Shown one piece after another: positions 51,593-61,579 of a stretch of 64,000 nucleotides of DNA. Under the pieces are notes generated by a model. The model worked only from the letters and a program-made list of their open reading frames with translations, searched no databases and was not told where the DNA came from. Both the position numbers and the translations under genes were made by a program. This DNA comes from Polaribacter sp. (lineage in GTDB: Bacteria; Pseudomonadota; Gammaproteobacteria; GCA-001735895), in assembly GCA_047615545.1 (NCBI GenBank), contig JBLHID010000001.1, forward strand, positions 8,586-72,585, read 5' to 3'. Each line of letters begins with the position of its first letter. Within the stretch, counting starts at the first letter, position 1.

Positions 51593-51622
51593 ATTATCGC
51601 CAAATATTTATTTGGCGATAAT
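51593..51622. repeat. perfect 14-bp-arm inverted repeat (ATTATCGCCAAATA..TATTTGGCGATAAT) 26 nt downstream of tRNA-Lys
   Basis: Read directly from the sequence. It could be a tRNA terminator or processing hairpin (no U-tract follows) or a protein-binding palindrome at the core/accessory boundary. Confidence 0.6.
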
Positions 51623-51746
51623 TATATAAAACACACTTGAATTGTTATCTCTGTTAAACCTCGATCCAAGTACTAATTCTTGTTTTTTTGCTCCTAGATT
51701 CGATGCTCGTGAACGCTTCGCTATTAACAAAGTTGAAGACAGATAA

Positions 51747-52616
51747 ATGAAACTAGTTGATATACTCGCAGCAATAGCAGTCGCCTCTATTTGGGGTATG
51801 GGATTTATCGTTGCCAAGTCAGGCATGAGCCATTTCTCACCCATTTTACTCATGGCGCTCAGGTTTACACTGACGGCAGTTTGCCTTATGTGGTTTTTTA
51901 GACCACCACTAAATCTGCTCAAAGACTTATTCTGGATATCGCTGGTCAGCGCAGCTATTCAATACAGCCTTACGTTTACTGGCGTCCAAGGTCTCGATGC
52001 TTCAACGGCTGCCTTGCTAGTTCAATTAGAAGTACCCTTTGGCCTATTGTTGGCTTATATTTTCCTAGGTGAGCGAGTCACTTTAAAACAAGGTATCGGC
52101 ATTCTAGTCGCATTCGTGGGTGTGGCACTTATTCTTAAGGAACCCAAATTATCGGGCAGTTTTGTTAGCGCACTGATGGTTATAGGCGGAGCATTTACTT
52201 GGGCCGTGGGCCAGATCATGATTAAAAAAATGGCAACTGTCGGCGGTTTTATGTTGATCAGCGGCATCGCTATTTTCGCTACCCCTCAACTATTTATCGC
52301 TTCCTATTTGTTTGAATCAAATCAAATAACACAAATCCAATCTGCAGGTTGGCCCGCCTGGAGTGCCGTTATTTACCTTGGGTTGATAATGACTGCATTA
52401 GGGTATGGCATGTGGTACCGGCTGTTAGGCCTATATTCAATCAATCAGGTAATGCCTTTTTTACTGCTGCTGCCAGTTGTTGCGGTGATTGGAGGTGTAC
52501 TCTTTCTCGACGAAATTCTCACCACCAAAGTTGTCATAGGCGGCATCCTAGCATTGTCCGGTGTCGCATTAATATCGATTCAATATGGGGCTAAAAATCC
52601 AAAAGTCGGTTTATAA
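51747..52616 (+). CDS. EamA/DMT-family transporter
   Basis: 289 aa with ten predicted TM segments and two EamA repeats. Confidence 0.8.
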   Translation: MKLVDILAAIAVASIWGMGFIVAKSGMSHFSPILLMALRFTLTAVCLMWFFRPPLNLLKDLFWISLVSAAIQYSLTFTGVQGLDASTAALLVQLEVPFGLLLAYIFLGERVTLKQGIGILVAFVGVALILKEPKLSGSFVSALMVIGGAFTWAVGQIMIKKMATVGGFMLISGIAIFATPQLFIASYLFESNQITQIQSAGWPAWSAVIYLGLIMTALGYGMWYRLLGLYSINQVMPFLLLLPVVAVIGGVLFLDEILTTKVVIGGILALSGVALISIQYGAKNPKVGL

Positions 52617-52677
52617 TCATCATAGAATGTCTGCTGGATACTACTTGCCCTTTTGCTGTAAAAATTGAGATCACACC

Positions 52678-53859
52678 ATGAATGAAAAGATAGTCATCAC
52701 CGGTATTGCTCGTACACCATTAGGTGGATTCCAGGGTGCTCTGTCGGACGTGAGCGCACCTCAATTAGGTGCGATAGCGATAGCAGCTGCAGTAGCGCGT
52801 AGCCAACTGGCCAAGGACGCTATAGATGAAGTGATCATGGGTTGTGTGTTATCAGCAGGATTGGGTCAAGCTGCAGCGCGTCAGGCTAGCATTGGTGCCG
52901 GACTAGCGCTTTCCACCGGCGCAACCACCATAAATAAAATGTGTGGGTCAGGTATGAAAGCTGTAATGCTGGCGCATGACTTACTGCTCGGGGGTAGTAA
53001 TCGAATTATGGTCGCGGGTGGGTTAGAGAGCATGAGCAATGCGCCTTATCTATTGCCCAAGGCACGTGCTGGAATGCGCATGGGGCACAGCAATGTAATC
53101 GATCACATGTTCTTTGATGGGCTTGAAGATGCCTATGACAAGGGCTGTTTAATGGGGGTTTTTGCTGATAATACGGCTGATAAATATAGCTTTAGCCGAG
53201 AGCAGCAAGATAACTTCGCGATCACATCTCTTAAACGGGCACAGGCCGCAATAGAAAGCGGTGCTTTTGCAGACGAGATCTGTCCAGTCGTCGTAAAAAC
53301 TCGAAAGGGTGACGTAATCATTGACACCGACGAGCAGCCCTCGAAAGCCGATCTAGATAAAATACCTACTTTGCGCGCCGCTTTTCGCAGTGATGGCACT
53401 GTCACCGCTGCCAACTCAAGTTCTATCTCTGATGGTGCCGCTGCCCTGACACTGATGAGCCTAACCGAGGCCGATAATCGTAATGTTAAGCCGCTCGCTA
53501 TCATTCAAGGGCATAGTTCTTTCTCACATGAGCCCGCTTGGTTTACGACTGCACCGGTTGGCGCAATTAAAAATTTACTCAATAAATTAGGCTGGCAAGT
53601 TGATGAGGTCGATTTGTTCGAAATAAATGAAGCCTTCGCGGTTGTCACGATGTCAGCCATGCATGATCTCGGGCTGGATCACAATAAAGTCAATGTCAAT
53701 GGTGGTGCCTGCGCCCTGGGCCATCCTATTGGTGCTTCGGGTGCGCGTATACTGGTGACTTTGATAGCTGCATTACAACAAAGAGGTTTGAAGAAAGGTA
53801 TCGCAGCGCTCTGTATCGGTGGTGGCGAAGCGGTTGCGATCGCGGTTGAAATTATTTAG
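52678..53859 (+). CDS. acetyl-CoA C-acetyltransferase (thiolase II)
   Basis: 393 aa with the thiolase motifs: the acyl Cys in [32 protein letters not shown] and CIGGGEAVA. Confidence 0.9.
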   Translation: MNEKIVITGIARTPLGGFQGALSDVSAPQLGAIAIAAAVARSQLAKDAIDEVIMGCVLSAGLGQAAARQASIGAGLALSTGATTINKMCGSGMKAVMLAHDLLLGGSNRIMVAGGLESMSNAPYLLPKARAGMRMGHSNVIDHMFFDGLEDAYDKGCLMGVFADNTADKYSFSREQQDNFAITSLKRAQAAIESGAFADEICPVVVKTRKGDVIIDTDEQPSKADLDKIPTLRAAFRSDGTVTAANSSSISDGAAALTLMSLTEADNRNVKPLAIIQGHSSFSHEPAWFTTAPVGAIKNLLNKLGWQVDEVDLFEINEAFAVVTMSAMHDLGLDHNKVNVNGGACALGHPIGASGARILVTLIAALQQRGLKKGIAALCIGGGEAVAIAVEII

Positions 53860-53926
53860 TTAACACGATTAATATAATGCAGCCTAGTCAGTATCAGATT
53901 AGCTTATATGCCTTTGCCTTAATCAG

Positions 53927-54812
53927 TTAAAATTGTCGAAGTCGGCCGACGCGATGGTTTTCAAAATGAAGCGTTAAGCGTGCCTGTGGATGTGAAGATC
54001 GAGCTCGTTAACAAACTGGTCGATGCTGGTTTAAGGGTTGTCGAGTCGGGTAGTTTTGTGTTGCCCAATTGGGGCCTCAAATGGCTTCTAGCAGTGCGGT
54101 ATTTAAGTCGACCCAACAACGTCGCCAGTTTTCTTACCCGATTCCAGTACCGAATATGAAAGGCTCTGAGCCAGCATTAGAGGCTGGAGTGTCGGAAATT
54201 GCGATGTTCACCGCTGCCTCCGAAGTATCCACACAAAAAAACATTAATTGTTTGATCGAACAAAGCATCACGCGATATCAACAAGTGGTCAAAAAAGCAC
54301 AGGTTGAGACCATTAAGATCAGAGGTTATATCTCCTATGTTTTTGGTTGTCCCTATGAAAATAAAGTATCGAATGATATCGTAACCATTATTGTCCTGCG
54401 CCTTCAAGACCAAGGATTTTACGAAATATCACTCGGTGACACGATCGGGGACGGCACGCCTGCCAGCGCATTGGCGATGGTAGAAACGGTTGCCCAAAAA
54501 ATTGAAATAGAGCAACTAGCCGCTCACTTCCACGATACATACGGGCAGGGGCTGGCAAATATTTACGCGGTGCTGCAAGCCGGCATCGCCATCCTCGATA
54601 GTTCGATTAATAGTCTGGGCGGATGCCCTTACGCCAATGGTGCCAGTGGCAATGTCTCCACTGAAGACTTATTCTATACGCTCAATGGCATGCATATAGA
54701 TATGGATAAATTACTGATCGCGGGTGATTACATTAATCAATTCCTGGGTCGTCAATCAACCTCGAGAGTCGCACGGGCTCTTGGAAATCACACCACTTAT
54801 GAACAGGGGTAA
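53927..54812 (+). pseudogene. hydroxymethylglutaryl-CoA lyase, disrupted by loss of the start/N-terminus and a -1 frameshift near 54065
   Basis: Frame A (from 53927) gives KIVEVGRRDGFQNE...AGLRVVESGSFV. Frame B (the 54069 ORF) continues PQMASS..KNINC..RGYISYVFGCPYE..GDTIGDGTP..HFHDTYGQGLANI..GGCPYA. A TAA lies two codons upstream of KIVEVG with no start codon in between. Confidence 0.7.
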
Positions 54813-54818
54813 TTAGTA

Positions 54819-55493
54819 ATGCCGACAACACTTGCGTTTGATATTTACGGTACCCTAATTGACACTCAGGGCATCAACCAAAAGCTATTCGATATCATCG
54901 GTGACCAGGCCACAGAATTTTCCCATCGGTGGCGGGAGAAACAATTGGAGTACTCGTTTCGACGAGGACTCATGCGCCGCTATGAAAATTTTGCCACCTG
55001 TACTGTTCAAGCACTTGACTACACCGATAGATTGTTCAGCACCAACATCAGTATTACCGATAAACAGGCTTTGATGCATGCTTACAAAACACTACCACCA
55101 TTTGCCGATGTCACTCGGAGCTTAATTAGGGCAGAAAAAGAGGGGTTTCGGCTATTTGCATTCTCCAATGGTAGCGAGAGCGCCGTCGAGGAACTGCTGA
55201 AAAATGCTGGGATAAGGCAGTATTTCGAAGGCGTCATTAGCGTAGACAGTCTACAAACATTTAAGCCGAATCCTGATGTCTACCAATATTTTCTCAACAA
55301 AACAGACAGTCAACCTGGGACAAGTTGGTTGGTCTCCAGCAATCCTTTCGATGTTATTGGCGCGATATCGGCTGGAATGAAGGCGGCCTGGTTACAGCGC
55401 GACCCAAAAGCCTTGTTTGACCCATGGGAAGTCAACCCAACATTGACACTCAAGCATCTATCTCAGTTGCCAGAACTAATATTGAAAAAATAA
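54819..55493 (+). CDS. HAD-superfamily hydrolase (haloacid dehalogenase type II-like)
   Basis: 224 aa with HAD motif I (AFDIYGTLID) and motifs II-IV (FSNGS, K, WLVSSNPFDV). Confidence 0.75.
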   Translation: MPTTLAFDIYGTLIDTQGINQKLFDIIGDQATEFSHRWREKQLEYSFRRGLMRRYENFATCTVQALDYTDRLFSTNISITDKQALMHAYKTLPPFADVTRSLIRAEKEGFRLFAFSNGSESAVEELLKNAGIRQYFEGVISVDSLQTFKPNPDVYQYFLNKTDSQPGTSWLVSSNPFDVIGAISAGMKAAWLQRDPKALFDPWEVNPTLTLKHLSQLPELILKK

Positions 55494-55516
55494 GCGAGCG
55501 GAGGCTCCCTTGTTTT

Positions 55517-56776
55517 CTATTTCCACGAAAGATCATATACCTTTGGAAATGGCCCTTTTTTATAGTTTATTGCTGATGACGCTGTAAGATCATCACGCAA
55601 CATCACTTGGCGCACCATTTCTGGAATCATTGCCATGCCCACATACTTACCCAACCAATCATGCGAGGCAAAACCATAATTGAAATTATGATACCAATTA
55701 CGATCTGCATCAAATTCTTCTGGATGGTCGTAGGCATAGGTATCAAACATCGCCGACTATGTGAGGGTTAATACATCAGTGCCTTTTGGAATGTCAGTTT
55801 CGCGATCAGTGCCCTTAGCAATCGTATAATTTTCTGATAGTTGACGAAACATATATGGACTGATGGGCACGAAGCGTAAAGCTTCCCACACCATGCCATC
55901 TATCTCTACCGTATCTTCTTTAGCTGATGCTGCCTTTGCTCTAGCTAACAGTTCAGGCTGATCAATGAAAAACTGAATTACTTGAGCTACTGCTTGCGAG
56001 GTTGTTTCCACCGAACCAATTAGCAAACCACCGCCATTAACGCCGATACGCGCCAGCGGAAAATCTACTTGCACGGCAAAAGCACTACGCAGCATACGTT
56101 TGACGATATCGTCTTTCTAAATAATAGGATCTTTTTTGAAAATTGCACGCAGTAGATTTATCACTTTCAACACCGTGCCAAATATCCGGTCTTTGATCTT
56201 AACCGGCAGTATTTTTCGCACCATTAATACCGTAATATAATCAACCAATTCCACCGAACACTTCCCATGTTCAGCAACAATATGGTCAAAAGTTTTCTGT
56301 GAATTCAGATCAAGCGGCTGATTGTGGAAAGTATTGTATTGATTCCAATAAGACCACTTAAGTAGTTTTTTTGGATCAATGCCATCAAGGCCAAAATATT
56401 CTCGCACCATGATGGCAGGCACCATACGGCAAAAAATATTAACGATTTCAATGCTTCCCCCCGCATCATCTAAAATCTTTTTGGCGGAGTCTTGAATGCC
56501 CTGCCTAACATGAGGAATATCGTCACGATTAAGCATCCCTTGCATAATCTACTTTTCGCGATAATGAAGCGCATCATCATCGTGAGCCATCAAATAACCT
56601 TCATCGGTAGCAGTAACGCCCATTTTCGGCTTATACAAATTAACCGTGAAAATACTGTGCATTTGTAAGGAATCGCGAATGTCCGTGAACAATGCCAACA
56701 AGGTGCATTCAGGGGTGACCAGTACCGGCCGCTCTTCTCGTAGCTGTTTAAAAAATGGTAATGGCTCGGTCTGCAT
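55517..56776 (-). pseudogene. cytochrome P450 interrupted by three in-frame TAG codons (single frame, no frameshift)
   Basis: Four consecutive minus-strand ORFs share one frame and are separated by TAG at 56549-51, 56117-19 and 55757-59. P450 landmarks are present: the N-terminus PFFKQLREERPVLV, I-helix GGLLIGSVETT, EALR, and a heme loop YGFASHDWLG in which Trp occupies the Cys position. Confidence 0.7.
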
Positions 56777-56858
56777 CCATTTTTGAACTAGCGGATACTT
56801 ATCAGCATCTGCGGCGCATAATATTCTGCAAGATAGTTTTAAGCCATTTCCCTATGCT

Positions 56859-58964
56859 CTAAAGAGTTTTAATATATTCAATCAAATCCCAACGCTGGGC
56901 TTCCGTCAGCTCGGGTAATTGAGTCCCGTTCATTTGTGGTGTTTTACCGCCACCATATTCATGACCACCATTCCTATTGCCGTCACGGTCAAGATTGTTC
57001 AGTGTTTTAAAGGTAAAGCCCTTATAACCTTCTGAACGGAAACCCACTTTCACTGGATCAAACTCACGGCTACCTACCATAAACTCTGTAGGGCGGCGTT
57101 CTTGAGGTTGCAACAAATCATATAAAGTTGGTACTGAACCATTATGCAAATATGGGGCAGTTGCCCAAATACCATTTAGTGAACGTCCCTTGTAGGCCAG
57201 CAAAGAGTTATAAGGTTGCGACGTAGTGTCGGCTTTATAATTTCCACTTTTGATAGTGTTAGGAATAGTATTATCTAAAAGTGATGATCCAATATTATAG
57301 ATGCGATCAAACCAACGACGTAAGAACATTTTGTCGCTGTCAGGCGTTGCAATAACACCTTTGGTGGCCGATGTTAATATTTGAATCACTGGCGCATCTT
57401 CTTCTATTAACAAGTCTCCCACATCCACGCTTTGTACCGTATGCTTAAGATTGCCTGACTTGCCACTGTAAGAAACGCCATTCATGGCCGCTGCAGGGTC
57501 TGTGCCGATAAATTCTAACGCCGACATTTTCGCGATAACAATCCGATCCAAATTATCTCTCGCAATAACTTCGTGACAAGATTGGCAATATTGAGCGTAA
57601 ATAACTTGACCTCGTTCGGCTTTTTTGTCACCAATCGTGCCCAGAATTTCTTCAGGCCACATAGGAGATTGCAAGCTTTTCAAGTGTGATTCTAAACGTC
57701 GCAAGTTGGTCAGATCAATAGATGATTTAAAATCCACCTGCTCGTCTAGGTGTTTTTGCCCTGTTAATGTTGCGGACAAACTAAAACCATCAGTTTTATG
57801 TGAACTCCAGTCAAGTATGCCAAACACACCAATGACTTCGCCTGTGTTACGTCCCAATGGGCCTAAACCCGCATTGCTTGCAACGCCATTCCATTGAACA
57901 TAGTCAGACTGTGCAACATCCCACAAAAATGGATAGCTTACTGGGGCGTTAGCTTCATTGAAAACTTGTTTCACAACACGCAAAGTATTACGTTGGTTTA
58001 AACTAGGGTACCCCGCTTCTTTTGATCCTAAACGTTCAATAATCAAACCAAATTGTTTATCGACAATAATATTTTCACCTATTTTACTGAGCACTTTATC
58101 TATCTGCTCATTCGTTAGGATCCTTTTGCCAATAGGCGACAATGCGAGCTGCATCGCGTTTTTAAGCTGGGGTTTATTAATCATGTGCTGTAGAACACGA
58201 TTGTAAATTCGCCCAAAAGCATCTAGCCGAGCATAGCCATACTTGACCTTACTATGATTCACTGTGTTATATAGACGTCTCGTTTTTGTCCATTCCTCTA
58301 AGCTCGAGATGACCTTATCCGCTGAACTAAAATCATTATCCAAGGCAATTACTTTATCAATAAAACGTTGTTTCTTAGCCTCATTATCCAAAGTGCCCTG
58401 CATAGATTTTTCTAAATCATGTAAGAAACTAACCATATCCGCCATAGCGGGGCCACCATCAATGCGAATAGCGTTACCCTGGTAATTTATTTGTGCGGTA
58501 TGACAGGCAGCACAGGTATAGCCTACGTAATCTTTACTCTGATAAGTTTCTTTAACAAAGCCCACGGGAAAACCATCAGGATTAAAAAAGGTTGGTTTTT
58601 GTGGCAAATATCGGTATTTATCAACATTCGTGTTAGAGATAAAACGTTCTGTTGATTCTTCTTGTTCCAGTGCAACTAAGAAATCATAGGGCAGTAAGGC
58701 AGAACCCTGAGTAGTATTGTAATACCACAAACTATCAGATTCCGACCAGCCTTGTTTTAGATAAACTGGGGTTGAATAGCTTTCTCCAAATGCGCCATTA
58801 TCAATTGCGATCGCACCACGATTCGGGTCATTATCCCAACCTTGGTAGACTTTGCCCATAGCCAAAGAAATTAGAATTAATAATGAAATGACAGCTAACA
58901 AACGCCATTTATGTTGAAGTAGGAAAAAAATAGCGGCTAAAATGCGCTGAAACACAGTGGACAT
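56859..58964 (-). CDS. large di-heme cytochrome c peroxidase-family protein (701 aa, 2x CXXCH)
   Basis: It has a signal/TM N-terminus, the heme-binding sites CAACH and CQSCH, and a CCP/MauG-type distal motif APYLHNGSVPTLYDLL. It is about twice the length of canonical CcpA. Confidence 0.7.
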   Translation of the reverse strand: MSTVFQRILAAIFFLLQHKWRLLAVISLLILISLAMGKVYQGWDNDPNRGAIAIDNGAFGESYSTPVYLKQGWSESDSLWYYNTTQGSALLPYDFLVALEQEESTERFISNTNVDKYRYLPQKPTFFNPDGFPVGFVKETYQSKDYVGYTCAACHTAQINYQGNAIRIDGGPAMADMVSFLHDLEKSMQGTLDNEAKKQRFIDKVIALDNDFSSADKVISSLEEWTKTRRLYNTVNHSKVKYGYARLDAFGRIYNRVLQHMINKPQLKNAMQLALSPIGKRILTNEQIDKVLSKIGENIIVDKQFGLIIERLGSKEAGYPSLNQRNTLRVVKQVFNEANAPVSYPFLWDVAQSDYVQWNGVASNAGLGPLGRNTGEVIGVFGILDWSSHKTDGFSLSATLTGQKHLDEQVDFKSSIDLTNLRRLESHLKSLQSPMWPEEILGTIGDKKAERGQVIYAQYCQSCHEVIARDNLDRIVIAKMSALEFIGTDPAAAMNGVSYSGKSGNLKHTVQSVDVGDLLIEEDAPVIQILTSATKGVIATPDSDKMFLRRWFDRIYNIGSSLLDNTIPNTIKSGNYKADTTSQPYNSLLAYKGRSLNGIWATAPYLHNGSVPTLYDLLQPQERRPTEFMVGSREFDPVKVGFRSEGYKGFTFKTLNNLDRDGNRNGGHEYGGGKTPQMNGTQLPELTEAQRWDLIEYIKTL

Positions 58965-59163
58965 GGCAATTATCCGTTTGACATTAATGATTTTTTATAG
59001 AACTTATTTAATTTTTACCGTAATCTACACTACTGTGTGGTGAAAGTCTCGTCAATTTGGAGTGGGCTCAGTAAAAGGGGTCGGATGACTGAAAGTTCGA
59101 TCAGTTGCTGAAATTTAATCCCTCCGTCCCCTTTTATTTGTTGCTATGCTCTGACATTCATTT

Positions 59164-59532
59164 TTGTGGCTCAATATTCCCATGATTCCAACCTTAAAAA
59201 CTCAATTGTCGTCATTCGGTTTCTTACGTCTAGGCTTAATCGGTCTGGCTATATTGTCTATGCTTATACCTATCGTTGAGTGGGTAGCCATCCTGTTGAT
59301 AGGGGAGGTTGCAGAGCGCTCAGTGCTAGGGTTAAGTGCCCAGTTAATAGCGCCAGTCATGGCACCCGTGCTAATTATCGTTCTTTTGCTTGATATCATT
59401 ATGGCTAAAGTGCGGGCAGCTGATGACCCGACCGGTGCAGGCGTTCTTTACCAAGCAATCAGTAGAATTGGGACCATATTGATTATTGTTATGCTGCTTT
59501 TCTGGGTGCCGTTTTTTATTGCCTTCATTTAG
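59164..59532 (+). CDS. hypothetical small integral membrane protein
   Basis: 122 aa with three or four hydrophobic helices and no recognisable motif. It is divergent from the peroxidase gene. Confidence 0.4.
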   Translation: MWLNIPMIPTLKTQLSSFGFLRLGLIGLAILSMLIPIVEWVAILLIGEVAERSVLGLSAQLIAPVMAPVLIIVLLLDIIMAKVRAADDPTGAGVLYQAISRIGTILIIVMLLFWVPFFIAFI

Positions 59533-59566
59533 GGCATTCTCAAAAAATCGAAGTAGGGAAAATAGC

Positions 59567-60058
59567 ATGCAATATAGATACATTGAATCACCCGTAGGAA
59601 AACTACTTATAGCAGGTGACGAACACGGACTGGCAATGATTGGGTTCTCAAAAGGCAAAGCAGTCGTTGTGCCCGAAACGCGGTGGCAAATGAATGATGC
59701 TTGCTTTGAAGATGCTGAGAGACAACTGAATCAATACTTTGCGGGCGCTCGAACAACATTTGATTTAAAGTTGGCACCAACTGGTACTGCGTTTCAATTA
59801 GCTGTTCTTAATGCACTGCAAGACATTCCCCAGGGCGAAACCCGAACCTACCTTCAAATAGCACAACAAATAAAACGACCGAAAGCAGTCAGAGCGGTTG
59901 GCGCAGCGAATGCACGAAACCCCTTGCCAATTGTCATTCCCTGTCACCGTGTTATTGGTGCCGATGGCAGTTTGACTGGGTTTTCAGGTGGATTAGAAGC
60001 CAAGCTGTTTCTTTTAGAGCTGGAAGGAGTAAAAGTAAAGACACTCGCTACAAAGTAG
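59567..60058 (+). CDS. ogt: methylated-DNA--protein-cysteine methyltransferase
   Basis: The ATG at 59567 starts MQYRYIESPVGKLLIAGDEHGL, and the active-site motif IPCHRVIGADGSLTGFSGG is present. The ORF-track start at 59486 overlaps the previous gene. Confidence 0.88.
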   Translation: MQYRYIESPVGKLLIAGDEHGLAMIGFSKGKAVVVPETRWQMNDACFEDAERQLNQYFAGARTTFDLKLAPTGTAFQLAVLNALQDIPQGETRTYLQIAQQIKRPKAVRAVGAANARNPLPIVIPCHRVIGADGSLTGFSGGLEAKLFLLELEGVKVKTLATK

Positions 60059-60078
60059 GGTGGTTAAGTTGGTTGCGA

Positions 60079-60585
60079 CTATCGTTTCTTCAAACCAATT
60101 TGTCGACCGATCCAGTCAGGTTTTTCGGCCACTTCTGCTTGTTTAAGGGCGGCTTGAGCTAATTCTGGCATTTCAATCGTACGAGAATCTCGTGTGCTGT
60201 AATGCAACACCATAAACTCTCCGGTGGCGCAGAGTTTGCCGTCAACTATCATTTTATGAGCAAACCAAATTTTCTTTGCTTCAGATCCTAGAATGATTGA
60301 TTCGACTTCAATCATAGCGGGAGAGCGCACGTCATCGAGATAACGTAGGTGTGTTTCAACGGTATACAGCGCACAGCCTGTTTCTTCAAAGTAATCAACG
60401 CCGATATTAAACTGGTCTTGCAACTTCCATGTGGTGTTCGTGAAAGGCACCAAATAATAGGCTTCGTTAAGATGGCCGTAAGCATCTAACCAGGAATCTT
60501 GTAGAGGTTCTGAATGTAGTTTGAAATTAGTCATGGTTAGCATGGACGCCGAGTTGATCGTAAACGCAGTATAGATGGAAAACAA
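60079..60585 (-). CDS. hotdog-fold acyl-CoA thioesterase (4HBT/YbgC-like)
   Basis: 168 aa whose thioesterase-superfamily pattern matches 4HBT-type enzymes. Confidence 0.65.
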   Translation of the reverse strand: MFSIYTAFTINSASMLTMTNFKLHSEPLQDSWLDAYGHLNEAYYLVPFTNTTWKLQDQFNIGVDYFEETGCALYTVETHLRYLDDVRSPAMIEVESIILGSEAKKIWFAHKMIVDGKLCATGEFMVLHYSTRDSRTIEMPELAQAALKQAEVAEKPDWIGRQIGLKKR

Positions 60586-60652
60586 GCAAGCATGTTCTAT
60601 AAAACTGCTATTTCAGGTAGGCATGCCATTAGCTAGATAGTAGAATCGCGCG

Positions 60653-61579
60653 ATGAAAACAATCCTCGAAATATCTCAACTCTCCAAAGTTTACGAATCT
60701 GGTCATCAGGCGCTAAAAAGTATTGACCTAGATATCTATCAAGGTGAAATATTCGCCTTGCTTGGCCCGAATGGCGCGGGCAAAACAACGCTGATCTCGA
60801 CCATCTGCGGCATTGTTTCACCTAGTTCGGGTTCAGTTACGGTTGATGGACACGATATTATTACCGGATATCGCGAGACCCGTAGTTTAATTGGCCTGGT
60901 GCCTCAGGAGTTGACCTTGGGTGCATTCGACTCTGTTTGGAATACAGTTAATTTCAGTCGTGGGTTGTTCGGTAAAAAACCAAATCCAGCTTATATCGAG
61001 CAACTGCTTAAAGACCTGTCTTTATTTGATAAGAAGGATTCTGAGCTTCGCACCCTGTCTGGCGGCATGAAACGACGAGTGTTGATTGCAAAGGCGTTGT
61101 CACACGAACCTCGAATATTATTTCTTGACGAACCGACAGCTGGCGTCGATGTCGAGCTACGCAAAGACATGTGGGCTCTGGTCCGAGGGCTCAATAAGTC
61201 GGGCGTGACTATTATTCTGACGACACACTATATAGAAGAAGCCGAAGAGATAGCCGATCGCGTGGGTATTATCAGTGGGGGGGAGTTAATGATGGTCGAA
61301 GACAAAAAAACGTTAATGCAAAAACTCGGCAAGAAACAATTGGTACTCGATTTAAAACAGGCAATAACGTCGATACCGCAAAGTCTTGAGACCTATCAAC
61401 TAGAGCTTTCGGTCGACGGCGACCAATTGACCTATACCTACGATACCGCGTCAAACCGCACCGGCATCACCGCATTATTACAAAGCCTGAGTGACCAAGG
61501 TATTTTGATGAAGGATTTAAAAACAAGCCAGAGTTCACTGGAAGATATTTTTGTCAGCATGGTGAGGAAGAGCGCATGA
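60653..61579 (+). CDS. ABC transporter ATP-binding protein (ABC-2 exporter type)
   Basis: 308 aa with Walker [11 protein letters not shown], the signature LSGGMKRR and Walker [12 protein letters not shown]. Confidence 0.85.
   Translation: MKTILEISQLSKVYESGHQALKSIDLDIYQGEIFALLGPNGAGKTTLISTICGIVSPSSGSVTVDGHDIITGYRETRSLIGLVPQELTLGAFDSVWNTVNFSRGLFGKKPNPAYIEQLLKDLSLFDKKDSELRTLSGGMKRRVLIAKALSHEPRILFLDEPTAGVDVELRKDMWALVRGLNKSGVTIILTTHYIEEAEEIADRVGIISGGELMMVEDKKTLMQKLGKKQLVLDLKQAITSIPQSLETYQLELSVDGDQLTYTYDTASNRTGITALLQSLSDQGILMKDLKTSQSSLEDIFVSMVRKSA

Noticed and set aside
55517-56776. Interpretation of the three TAG codons as programmed amber recoding (for example pyrrolysine or a suppressor tRNA)
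   Set aside because: TAG terminates ordinary genes in this window, for example def. No pyl genes or tRNA-CUA are visible here. The mutated heme-Cys codon in the same gene points to decay. I keep it as a finding only because the stop-only, frame-preserving pattern is unusual and cheap to verify.
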